Shown here one piece after another: positions 1-11,768 of a stretch of 32,000 nt of DNA. Source of the DNA: Acinetobacter wanghuae (GTDB lineage: Bacteria; Pseudomonadota; Gammaproteobacteria; Pseudomonadales; Moraxellaceae). The notes beneath the pieces were generated by a model. It ran no database searches. It was not told the DNA's origin and worked only from the letters and a program-made list of their open reading frames with translations. The translations under genes were made by a program, and so were the position numbers. The stretch covers positions 2,310,001 to 2,342,000 of the forward strand of contig NZ_CP045650.1 of NCBI RefSeq assembly GCF_009557235.1, written 5' to 3'. Every line of letters begins with the position of its first letter. Position 1 is the first letter of the stretch.

Positions 1-413
1 AACATATTTTAATCGATGGCAAAGCATCTCATGTAAAAACACTCGCGCCTTTAGGAATCGTATTTTGCTCACCACAAATGGCATCAATTGGTCAGAATTT
101 TAAAACGTTAACTGATCAAAAAGTTGATTTCGTAACAGGATTTATTGATTACTCAAAGCAAGGGCGTGCCATTGTAAATAGCAAAAACCAAGGTGCTGCT
201 GAAATTTATGTTGATAAATCGTCAAGAAAAATTTTAGGTGCGGAGCTTTTCTGTTATGAAGCAGAGCATTTAGCACATTTACTTGCTTGGATGATTACAG
301 AGTCACTTAGCGTTGATGACTTACTTGATAAGCCCTTCTATCACCCTACGATTGAAGAAGGTTTAAGAACTGCTTTAAAGCATACAAGACGGCAACTGAA
401 TACAAATGAGTGA
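1..413 (+). CDS. C-terminal part of a pyridine nucleotide-disulfide oxidoreductase, dihydrolipoyl dehydrogenase-like (5' end lies outside the window)
   Basis: Frame 3 is open from base 3 (HILIDGKASHVKTLAPLGIVFCSPQ-MASIG...), so the ATG at 78 is internal. The stop is at 411-413. The C-terminus (ILGAELFCYEAEHLAHLLAWMI...FYHPTIEEGL) fits the dimerisation-domain pattern G..ilG..i.G..a.e.i...HPT..E of the Lpd/GR family. Confidence 0.6.
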   Translation, partial: HILIDGKASHVKTLAPLGIVFCSPQMASIGQNFKTLTDQKVDFVTGFIDYSKQGRAIVNSKNQGAAEIYVDKSSRKILGAELFCYEAEHLAHLLAWMITESLSVDDLLDKPFYHPTIEEGLRTALKHTRRQLNTNE

Positions 414-419
414 AATCTA

Positions 420-815
420 TCAGGGAGTATAGTAATAACTCATATTCCCTGTCGATAATGCTGTAATAAAAGCATATTCCACATAATATTGAGTGATATT
501 TAAAAGATATAGTGCTGCACCCACAATAATAAATACAACTATGCCCGACATAACAGGTGCTGCTTTATGTTCAGCATGATTATATTTTCGTGTTTGCACC
601 ACAACATTCTGAAGCTTTCTGCGATTTATATAAAATTGTTTAAAGATAGGTAGATGTAAAATTAAAAAATGCATCAGAACAATCCCAAGTATCCAACATA
701 AGAGCACCATCCAATAATTTAAGAGCAAGCTTTTAGGATACATGACAATCACAATAAAAATTGCTGAAATCAAAATGTTTAATAGCAAATAGTGAGGATA
801 AAACTTCCTATGCAT
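420..815 (-). CDS. small hypothetical integral membrane protein (131 aa, about 3 predicted TM helices)
   Basis: Intact ORF with three long hydrophobic stretches and no recognisable motif. It looks more AT-rich than its neighbours. It converges on the upstream CDS with a 6-bp gap. Confidence 0.45.
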   Translation of the reverse strand: MHRKFYPHYLLLNILISAIFIVIVMYPKSLLLNYWMVLLCWILGIVLMHFLILHLPIFKQFYINRRKLQNVVVQTRKYNHAEHKAAPVMSGIVVFIIVGAALYLLNITQYYVEYAFITALSTGNMSYYYTP

Positions 816-869
816 TTTTTGTAATCATTTTATATCTCTTATCATAAGTTTAACTTTTTTCCGCGCATA

Positions 870-906
870 GAAAAACCCCCTCAATCTTTTGATTGAGGGG
901 GTTTTG
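870..906 (-). terminator. intrinsic terminator of the rrn operon (also usable on the + strand)
   Basis: CCCCCTCAATC (876-886), loop TTTT, GATTGAGGGGG (891-901). On the minus strand it is followed by TTTTTC, immediately downstream of the 5S gene. Confidence 0.8.
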
Positions 907-912
907 AATTAA

Positions 913-1030
913 TGAGCTGGCGATGACTTACTCTCACATGGGTAATCCCACACTACCATCAGCGCTAAGAGGTTTCACTTCTGAGTTCGGGAAGGGATCA
1001 GGTGGTTCACTCTTGCTATTGTCGCCAGCA
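913..1030 (-). rRNA. rrf: 5S ribosomal RNA (ends +/-3 nt)
   Basis: The reverse complement reads TGCTGGCGACAATAGC...CCGAACTCAGAAGTGAAAC...GATGGTAGTGTGGG...GAGAGTAAGTCATCGCCAGC. This is collinear with E. coli 5S. Confidence 0.9.
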
Positions 1031-1206
1031 CAACTGTTTATGATTACTCGCTATGGTCTTAGTTGCTTTCGCATGCCTAGCTTTGGTCAAAAGAGTTATT
1101 AACAGAGATATTTGAGTATCGATGTGTTGTTTAATTTTACTTAGCTTTCAAACTAAATCAAGTTGTTTTGTAGTGATTTCGACTACAACACCAACTGTTT
1201 GGGTGT

Positions 1207-4114
<2,908 letters not shown>

Positions 4115-4529
4115 CCAAACAGTCGACGGTACCTACAAGGAGCACCTTCAACATACAGTTCGAAGTACTGTGAATTTAATCACTGTACAGCTTCAATCAA
4201 AATCATATACCAAAACGCTTGATTCAGTTAATCGCTAGTTTCTCATTCCTCGTAATTGCTTACTTGAAATGAGCCTTAAACAATTTATTTCAACTCAAAT
4301 ATATTCTGTTAATGATTATCTACGTCCTCATCGGATCGTAGCAACTGTGATAAATCACAGAGATTACCAAGTGCGCGTATCATAACGCTTATACTTGTTA
4401 ATCTCTAGGATCTAAACACTTGATAGCTCAAGGACTAATCAACCTCAGCACCGTATGATCACATACTGCGCGAAGCGTAGCTTCTTGCCTAAATTTCAAG
4501 GAAAAGCATGCTTTTCTTGTCTTGAAATT

Positions 4530-4605
4530 TGGTGGAGACTAACGGAGTCGAACCGTTGACCTCCTGCGTGCAAAGCAGGCGCTCTACCAACTAAGCTAAG
4601 TCCCC
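4530..4605 (-). tRNA. tRNA-Ala (anticodon TGC), encoded CCA
   Basis: The reverse complement is GGGGACTTAGCTTAGTTGGTAGAGCGCCTGCTTTGCACGCAGGAGGTCAACGGTTCGACTCCGTTAGTCTCCACCA. It folds as a cloverleaf with anticodon loop TTTGCAC and includes the G3:U70 Ala identity pair. Confidence 0.95.
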
Positions 4606-4673
4606 AGCTTATCATTTAGATCAATGTATTCTGATTCTCTGTCTTACTCTGCAATTGCTTGCTTCGTCAGTAG

Positions 4674-4750
<77 letters not shown>

Positions 4751-4762
4751 TCAGGTACATCG

Positions 4763-4784
4763 TATGAAGAACAACTTGTTGTGG
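4763..4784 (-). other. 3' arm of the 16S precursor processing stem (RNase III-type helix)
   Basis: TATGAAGAACAACTTGTTGTGG (4763-4784, + strand) is the inverted complement of 6480-6500, with 16 contiguous bp, a 1-nt bulge, then 5 bp. The two arms bracket the 16S gene. Confidence 0.6.
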
Positions 4785-4810
4785 ATTCTTACCAATCGTC
4801 AATCTTTCGT

Positions 4811-6348
<1,538 letters not shown>

Positions 6349-6479
6349 AAAATCAGTAGTAGCTTAAAGGCTACCAATCTTGGCTCATCAATTTTCTGAC
6401 AAATATTTCTTAAATAAACTTCGAGTAATTTCTACCATCAATCAATGAAAATAATTTCGATCAATCAATCAGTAAAAAT

Positions 6480-6500
6480 CCACACAAGTTGTTCTTCATA
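6480..6500 (-). other. 5' arm of the 16S precursor processing stem
   Basis: Complementary to 4763-4784 (see that feature). It lies in the rrn leader about 130 nt upstream of the mature 16S 5' end. Confidence 0.6.
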
Positions 6501-6550
6501 ATCTCTTAATGATCTTCTTGTTGGTTCGTCACCAGCAAGCTAGGTCGGCT

Positions 6551-6579
6551 ATATTACACTAGATTTATCTAGTGTCAAT
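6551..6579 (-). promoter_or_regulatory. rrn promoter (proximal): TTGACA - 16 bp - TAATAT with a GC-rich discriminator and AT-rich upstream region
   Basis: The minus strand reads TTGACActagataaatctagtgTAATATagccgacc. The -35 is at 6574-6579 and the -10 at 6551-6556. The region 6580-6620 is A/T rich (UP-element-like). The 16-bp spacer and GC discriminator match the classic stringently controlled rrn P1 architecture. Confidence 0.6.
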
Positions 6580-6689
6580 CAGTAATTCAAATTATTTTAA
6601 ACTTTCTTTCTAAAATCAATTCTTAACATCTTGTGCTAAGCCATTGTTTTATCAGAAGTTTTAATCTTCATCACTGCCGATGGATGTGC

Positions 6690-6717
6690 ATTCTACAGCA
6701 TTTCACACCCAACACAA
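6690..6717 (-). promoter_or_regulatory. possible distal rrn promoter: TTGTGT - 16 bp - TAGAAT
   Basis: The minus strand reads TTGTGTtgggtgtgaaatgctgTAGAATgcacatcc, about 135 bp upstream of the proximal promoter. That spacing resembles tandem rrn P1/P2 promoters. The -35 is weak. Confidence 0.3.
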
Positions 6718-6747
6718 CCCCTATTTTCAATCTTTTCTATCGCCCGC

Positions 6748-7857
6748 TTATTTATTGAACCAAAAAGCACTTTTTTCTCTTCTTTTGGTTGTTATTGAAG
6801 CAATATTGGCAAAATTATTTATTAAATTTTCATGTTTATCGTTTTCTTGGAACTTTAAAGCACGGCAATCGATGTATTCACAATAGCCGCCCTCGCCTTT
6901 TTCAGTTTCATTATTGATTGTGATGTCATAACAAAAGCTGCCGACATAGCCTGCTGCCACACCAAATTTAAAATCACCACGACTTTGTGCTTGTATTTGA
7001 ATATGCATCCCATCTTGATCATTTTGATACGACCATGCAAATTCGCGAGGCAAATACATCTTTTGACCATTTGGCGTAACGACTTGCGGATAGACACGAT
7101 GAACTTTGAAATAAACCCGATCTTCAAACATCTGGGAGGTCTGCTGATTTAAATCTCTTAAATAAATACGAGATTGAATAATCGCATTATAAGAATCTCG
7201 AATCTGTGCCAATAAAATTTGTCGATTACGACTTAGATTAATCACTTGATAGGTGAAGAAAGCCAAAGGCAAATAAGGAAAGTTAAAACTTCGCGCATAT
7301 TCAAAACTCGCTAAACTCTCAATCATATAACGTTGATCTTGATATTGAATCCAGCCTTGACACTCACAAAGCAGTGACCAATGTTCAGCAAGTGAAAATC
7401 GCATATGGGTAAAATGTGAAATAAGCGTGCTGGTTTGAATCTTCAAATCAAAACTCAGTTCTGAATCCTTACGCGTAAGTTGAAACTCAGGAAACGAGCC
7501 TTGTAACTTTTCGCGGTCTAGAAATTCAAAACGATCATTTTGAAATTGGCATTCTTTTTCAATCGAATAATGGTTGAAATGCCCATGCATATGCGGACTG
7601 CTGCTACATATGACTGTTGCAGTATCTAAAGCGGTGGTTTGAATCGCACTAGAATTGCACAGCATCGGTGCATTGGGCTGACCAATGATGCTTAAAAAAT
7701 TCAGATAATGAAGTGGTGCAGGTAAATTTGGAATCATCAAGGCTTGATGAATAATTTTATATTTTTTATTTGGTGCTTGATAAGCCAAAGCTTGTGGCGC
7801 GTAAGGAGTCTGATTGAGCTGCTTGGATCGATCTAAAAAAAATTGAAGAACGCGCAT
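6748..7857 (-). CDS. hypothetical protein, 369 aa, no family recognised
   Basis: Long intact ORF beginning 25 bp downstream of pssA on the same strand. No signal peptide or TM segment is evident. I recognise no motif. Confidence 0.6.
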   Translation of the reverse strand: MRVLQFFLDRSKQLNQTPYAPQALAYQAPNKKYKIIHQALMIPNLPAPLHYLNFLSIIGQPNAPMLCNSSAIQTTALDTATVICSSSPHMHGHFNHYSIEKECQFQNDRFEFLDREKLQGSFPEFQLTRKDSELSFDLKIQTSTLISHFTHMRFSLAEHWSLLCECQGWIQYQDQRYMIESLASFEYARSFNFPYLPLAFFTYQVINLSRNRQILLAQIRDSYNAIIQSRIYLRDLNQQTSQMFEDRVYFKVHRVYPQVVTPNGQKMYLPREFAWSYQNDQDGMHIQIQAQSRGDFKFGVAAGYVGSFCYDITINNETEKGEGGYCEYIDCRALKFQENDKHENLINNFANIASITTKRREKSAFWFNK

Positions 7858-7882
7858 GTCAGACTCCTTAGCTCATATAGTG

Positions 7883-8695
7883 CTACTCTTTTCTTGCCAT
7901 CAGTGTGGTGACAAAACCAGATAATGCATAAATCACAGAAATCACGAGAATTCCCACAGGAATGTTATAAGTCATTGCGGCAAAGATAAATACTGCAATG
8001 GGTAACACAAAGAACGGCACGCGTTTACGTTCTACCGTTTTAAACGAATAGTATTTGATGTTCGAGATCATGAGCAAACCAGCGACAATAATCGCAATCG
8101 CAAGTAAGATCTGTACAGTTAAATCATGAATATCAAAAATTTCAGTAAAGTCTAAACCGACCCAAACCAATGAAATAATCATGAGTGCTGCAAGCGGACT
8201 CGCCACCCCAATGAAATAACGTTTATCGACCACACCAATTTGAACATTAAAGCGCGCTAAACGGAAAGCTGCACAAGCGGTAAAAACAAAACATGCAGCC
8301 AAACCAATACGACCCAGATCATGTAATGCCCAGCTATACATTAAGATGGCAGGTGCAACACCAAATGCCAACATATCTGAAAGCGAGTCAAACTGTTCGC
8401 CAAATGGGCTTTGTGCACCAATCGCACGTGCGACACGACCATCAAGACCATCAAACAATGCAGCAAGGAAAATCGCATAAATTGCTTGTTGATAATGACC
8501 ATCCATGCTGGCAATAATCGAATAGAAACCTGACAACAACGCGGCCGTTGTAATCAGGTTCGGCCATAGATAGATGCCACGACGTTTGACCTTTTGCCCT
8601 TCTTGCGTGTGCTCTTCTTCTTCCACCTCAAAAGTGATGCCATCGAATGGTACACCGGTTGAAGATTCACGTTCAGGCTTTTGCGTATTTGTCAT
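7883..8695 (-). CDS. pssA: CDP-diacylglycerol--serine O-phosphatidyltransferase (phosphatidylserine synthase, CDP-alcohol phosphatidyltransferase type)
   Basis: Complete CDP-alcohol phosphatidyltransferase signature D-x2-DG-x2-AR-x8-G-x3-D-x3-D, seen in FDGLDGRVARAIGAQSPFGEQFDSLSD. The protein is polytopic, and size and topology fit the small bacterial PssA. Confidence 0.85.
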   Translation of the reverse strand: MTNTQKPERESSTGVPFDGITFEVEEEEHTQEGQKVKRRGIYLWPNLITTAALLSGFYSIIASMDGHYQQAIYAIFLAALFDGLDGRVARAIGAQSPFGEQFDSLSDMLAFGVAPAILMYSWALHDLGRIGLAACFVFTACAAFRLARFNVQIGVVDKRYFIGVASPLAALMIISLVWVGLDFTEIFDIHDLTVQILLAIAIIVAGLLMISNIKYYSFKTVERKRVPFFVLPIAVFIFAAMTYNIPVGILVISVIYALSGFVTTLMARKE

Positions 8696-8737
8696 TTTCG
8701 TCGATCCATTCTATCTATGAACTAATTTTTCTTAATT

Positions 8738-9595
8738 TTATTCGCCAACCAACCAGCGAACTGCCGCATGACCACCATTTTCTGTCATACGTAAATGTGG
8801 GAATAACCACTGAAGTGCTTCATCCGCATCTTGTGAGAATTTCCAAGGTGGATTAATCACAAGTAAACCGCAACCATTTAAGCCAACAGGTGTGTCATCT
8901 GGCCACACACAAACTTCACAGACCAATTGACGACGAATACCAGTTTTAAACATTTTTTTCTCAAAACGTTCAATCATGGCGCGGTCTTTAATTGGATACC
9001 AAACTGCAAAACAACCTGTCGGCCATTTTTTATAAGCAGCAACCAAAAGATTCACTAATTGTGGGAAATCTTTACGTTCAATTTCATATGGCGGGTCAAT
9101 CATCACCAAACCACGTTTTTCTTTCGGTGGAATGACTGCTAATAAACCTTCATACGCATCACGTTCATGTAAGCCCGCACGCTTGTCAAAGATGTTATGA
9201 CGAAGCTGTTGGAACACGTCACGTTGCATTTCAAAAATGGTCGCTTTGTCGATTTCACGCATACCTTCAAGCGCAAACCATGGAGAACCTGGGTAAGCAC
9301 CCTTACCGAAGTTTTCACGCATGCCTTCAACGACTTTTAAGTATTGTTGAATACCTTCAGGCGCAGTACGTTTAATTGAATCATCAAGTTTAACAAGACG
9401 ATGAATACCGTTTAAGAACTCACCTGACTTTTGTGCCTCAGATGTTGAAAGATCGTATTTGCCTGCACCACCATGGGTATCTACATAGCGATAGGGTTTA
9501 TCTTTCGCATTTAATCGAGTCAATAGTTGCAGTAATAATACGTGCTTCATGACATCGGCAAAGTTGCCAGCATGGAAATGGTGACGGTAATTCAT
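8738..9595 (-). CDS. rlmJ: 23S rRNA (adenine2030-N6)-methyltransferase RlmJ
   Basis: The N-terminus MNYRHHFHAGNFADVMKHVLL matches the YRHxFHAGNxADVxKH start of E. coli RlmJ/YhiR. It also has the DPPYE motif (MIDPPYEIE) and a length of about 280 aa. Confidence 0.85.
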   Translation of the reverse strand: MNYRHHFHAGNFADVMKHVLLLQLLTRLNAKDKPYRYVDTHGGAGKYDLSTSEAQKSGEFLNGIHRLVKLDDSIKRTAPEGIQQYLKVVEGMRENFGKGAYPGSPWFALEGMREIDKATIFEMQRDVFQQLRHNIFDKRAGLHERDAYEGLLAVIPPKEKRGLVMIDPPYEIERKDFPQLVNLLVAAYKKWPTGCFAVWYPIKDRAMIERFEKKMFKTGIRRQLVCEVCVWPDDTPVGLNGCGLLVINPPWKFSQDADEALQWLFPHLRMTENGGHAAVRWLVGE

Positions 9596-9710
9596 GTTTC
9601 ATTAATTCCTCATATCAACCACCATTTTAACATGAAAAATAGTTTCGTTCAGTTTCGTTTCTTACACTAGAATAGCAGCGCTATAGGTTTTTGATTTTTA
9701 GGTTAATGTT

Positions 9711-10313
9711 ATGGATGCAATTCAGCTCCCAAAGTCGTGGTCTGTTGATCGAATTTTGGATGATTTAGATCAACATGGTTTTAGTATCGTCGATGATGCC
9801 TATGAGACTGAATATATTGTAGATCTAATTGCAGAATGCACCCATAACTTAGCACGATTTCGTGATGCAGCCATTCAAAATGGCATTGTGAGCAACATCC
9901 GTAGCGATCATATTTTATGGCTTAACCCCGATTTAAAAGTGTCAAATCAACATGTACAAATGCTCGAAATATTAGGTCAAGCGTTGAATCGGGCATTTTA
10001 TTTAGGCATTAAAGACGTCGAAGCACATTTTGCTTGCTATAACGCAGGTGAATTCTATGCACTACATAAAGATAATCCGCAAGGTAAAAACGGTCGCATG
10101 ATTTCAAGCGTGTATTACTTACACGATGAATGGCAAGCAGATTGGGGCGGTGAACTGCGTCTACAAGATAAAAACGGCGCTTGGCATGTTCTTGCCCCTA
10201 AGCCGAATCGGATGGCACTGTTCCAAAGTGATTTATTGCATGAAGTCTTGTTGGCTAAACATCAACGTCTGTCTATTACCGCATGGCTACGCAGTGATTC
10301 AGGCATCATTTAA
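9711..10313 (+). CDS. 2-oxoglutarate/Fe(II)-dependent oxygenase, EGLN/PHD-type prolyl 4-hydroxylase homologue
   Basis: H119-x-D121...H177 facial triad and R186. Long collinear similarity to the human PHD2 catalytic core: IRSDHILWL, ACYNAGEFYALHKDNPQGKNGRMISSVYYLHDEWQADWGGELRL, ALFQSDLLHEV, RLSITAW. Confidence 0.75.
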   Translation: MDAIQLPKSWSVDRILDDLDQHGFSIVDDAYETEYIVDLIAECTHNLARFRDAAIQNGIVSNIRSDHILWLNPDLKVSNQHVQMLEILGQALNRAFYLGIKDVEAHFACYNAGEFYALHKDNPQGKNGRMISSVYYLHDEWQADWGGELRLQDKNGAWHVLAPKPNRMALFQSDLLHEVLLAKHQRLSITAWLRSDSGII

Positions 10314-10371
10314 CTTTAAATTGAAAAAATCAGCCTCATATAGCTGATATAAAGAAATGAGGATGCCGTTC

Positions 10372-10899
10372 ATGACATTAGATACCAAGCAAGTCATTGT
10401 GCGTATCGGTGAAACCGACCAATTATTTTTAAATGGCAATACACCTGAACTTGCACTTGAACGTGCTGACTTACGTTTACAGTTAGTGACTTTAAGCCAA
10501 GTACGTCAGGAACAAATTCACTTCTTGCAAGAAGCGATTGTTTTACTTGAGCAAGCGCGGATTGAATTTGAAGAAATGCCGCTGAGTTTGTATATCAATT
10601 TGTCTTTAGATTTGGCAAAGGCTTATATGATGTTCTTTGAAATTACCAAAGAAGCGCGTTATGCCATTATTACCCGCCAAATTTTAAAACCGATGACACG
10701 TTTTGGTCATGGCGATATTTTGTTTGCTTTGGCGTATGCCTATAGCGCTAACAATGAACCTGCTTTGACTCGGCATTGGCTCACTAAATATAGCCAAAGC
10801 AATGAATTTGATTTGGAACTTTTACAGCAGCATCATGCGTTTGAGCAATATCATGCGCTTGACTGGTTTCAAGCGATTATCAAAAGTAAAATGCATTAA
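10372..10899 (+). CDS. hypothetical protein, mostly helical, about 175 aa (ORF opens at 10357; the ATG at 10372 is preferred)
   Basis: GAGGA at 10361-10365 lies 6 nt upstream of the ATG at 10372. The gene follows the oxygenase gene after a short gap and ends at a strong terminator. No family recognised. Confidence 0.55.
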   Translation: MTLDTKQVIVRIGETDQLFLNGNTPELALERADLRLQLVTLSQVRQEQIHFLQEAIVLLEQARIEFEEMPLSLYINLSLDLAKAYMMFFEITKEARYAIITRQILKPMTRFGHGDILFALAYAYSANNEPALTRHWLTKYSQSNEFDLELLQQHHAFEQYHALDWFQAIIKSKMH

Positions 10900-10910
10900 A
10901 TTTACACCAT

Positions 10911-10941
10911 AAAAAATGCCTCCAATTGGAGGCATTTTTTT
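10911..10941. terminator. bidirectional intrinsic terminator
   Basis: AAAAAA-TGCCTCC-AATT-GGAGGCA-TTTTTTT between convergent genes. Confidence 0.75.
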
Positions 10942-10962
10942 AGCTAAAGATATTTTTTTAGA

Positions 10963-11220
10963 TTAAGCCAAACGGCGTTTAGAAGCATCTAAGTGCAATT
11001 GTTGATTGAGTTCATCAACCCAGATTGCCCAATCATCATCTTGTACCAGATGACTAATGAGCAATGAGCGCTGTGATTTATTCCAAAATGGCGCATCATG
11101 CAAATAAAGATCAGCGGGAAGCTGATGCGTACGCACATACAATTCAATTGCGGCTGGACTATTGGCAAGACCTAATTGAGAGAAAAGCAACTCTAAGGAT
11201 GGATGGTGTTGAGTGAGCAT
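10963..11220 (-). CDS. small DUF2789-like protein (85 aa), paralogue A
   Basis: Pattern LELLFsQLGL...I..fi..HQL......LH.A.FW...Q...i..h...DD.WAI.VD.LN..LH. I recall this as the DUF2789 family, from memory only. About 40-45% identical by eye to the ORF at 11328-11588. Confidence 0.55.
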   Translation of the reverse strand: MLTQHHPSLELLFSQLGLANSPAAIELYVRTHQLPADLYLHDAPFWNKSQRSLLISHLVQDDDWAIWVDELNQQLHLDASKRRLA

Positions 11221-11280
11221 CTCGCCCTCCTTATCAATTATATTGTGTTTATTTATTCATCAAACTTATGATATTTTCAT

Positions 11281-11308
11281 AAAAAAACCTAGCTGTTTAG
11301 CTAGGTTT
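11281..11308 (-). terminator. intrinsic terminator between the two DUF2789-like genes
   Basis: The minus strand reads CCTAGCT-AAAC-AGCTAGG followed by TTTTTTT. Confidence 0.7.
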
Positions 11309-11327
11309 CTTGTATCAATTTGTTGTG

Positions 11328-11588
11328 CTATTGATCGGCAACATTTTCCACACCATCATTCTGATGCAATAGTGCATTTAAGGTATCAACAGGAATTGCC
11401 CATTCATCATCTTTTTTCCAATGCCCGATAATGAAATCATGCTGATTTTTAGACCAAAAACTGGCTTTATGTAAAGGGGTGTTCTGATCGAGCTGATGTT
11501 CTTCAATAAATCGATCAATTGACGCTTGATCTGAATCTAAGCCGAGTTGTTGAAATAATAATTCTAAGGTGGGTTGTTCATCAAACAT
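11328..11588 (-). CDS. small DUF2789-like protein (86 aa), paralogue B
   Basis: Same motif pattern as 10963-11220 (LELLFQQLGLDSDQASIDRFIEEHQL...LHKASFWSKNQ...DDEWAIPVDTLNALLH). Confidence 0.55.
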   Translation of the reverse strand: MFDEQPTLELLFQQLGLDSDQASIDRFIEEHQLDQNTPLHKASFWSKNQHDFIIGHWKKDDEWAIPVDTLNALLHQNDGVENVADQ

Positions 11589-11716
11589 GATCGACTCCTA
11601 TTGTTTTATAGTGGCTTTCATTAAAAGCCTAACGCAAGCTTATGTTTTTATCTGCTAGTCACTTGCGCGGATCATGTTATTTTTTGTATAGCCCCGCTCA
11701 CATTTTATATGAGCAT

Positions 11717-11747
11717 AAAAAAGCACCCCAAATGGAGTGCTTTTTTT
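11717..11747. terminator. intrinsic terminator downstream of mdh (A-tract and T-tract on both sides)
   Basis: AAAAAA-GCACCCC-AAAT-GGAGTGC-TTTTTTT, with one mismatch in a 7-bp stem. Confidence 0.7.
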
Positions 11748-11768
11748 AACTTAATCTAAAAGACTAAA

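Noticed and set aside
6349-6550. boxA/boxB antitermination elements in the rrn leader and in the 16S-23S spacer
   Set aside because: A hairpin (CTTGCTGG...CCAACAAG) followed by GATCATTAAGAG is positioned appropriately. However, its similarity to the TGCTCTTTAACAA boxA consensus is too weak to call without comparative data.
6680-7127. ORFs 6680-6886 (+) and 6855-7127 (-)
   Set aside because: The first spans the rrn promoter region and runs antisense into the 369-aa ORF. The second is an out-of-frame ORF nested in that same gene. Neither has independent support.
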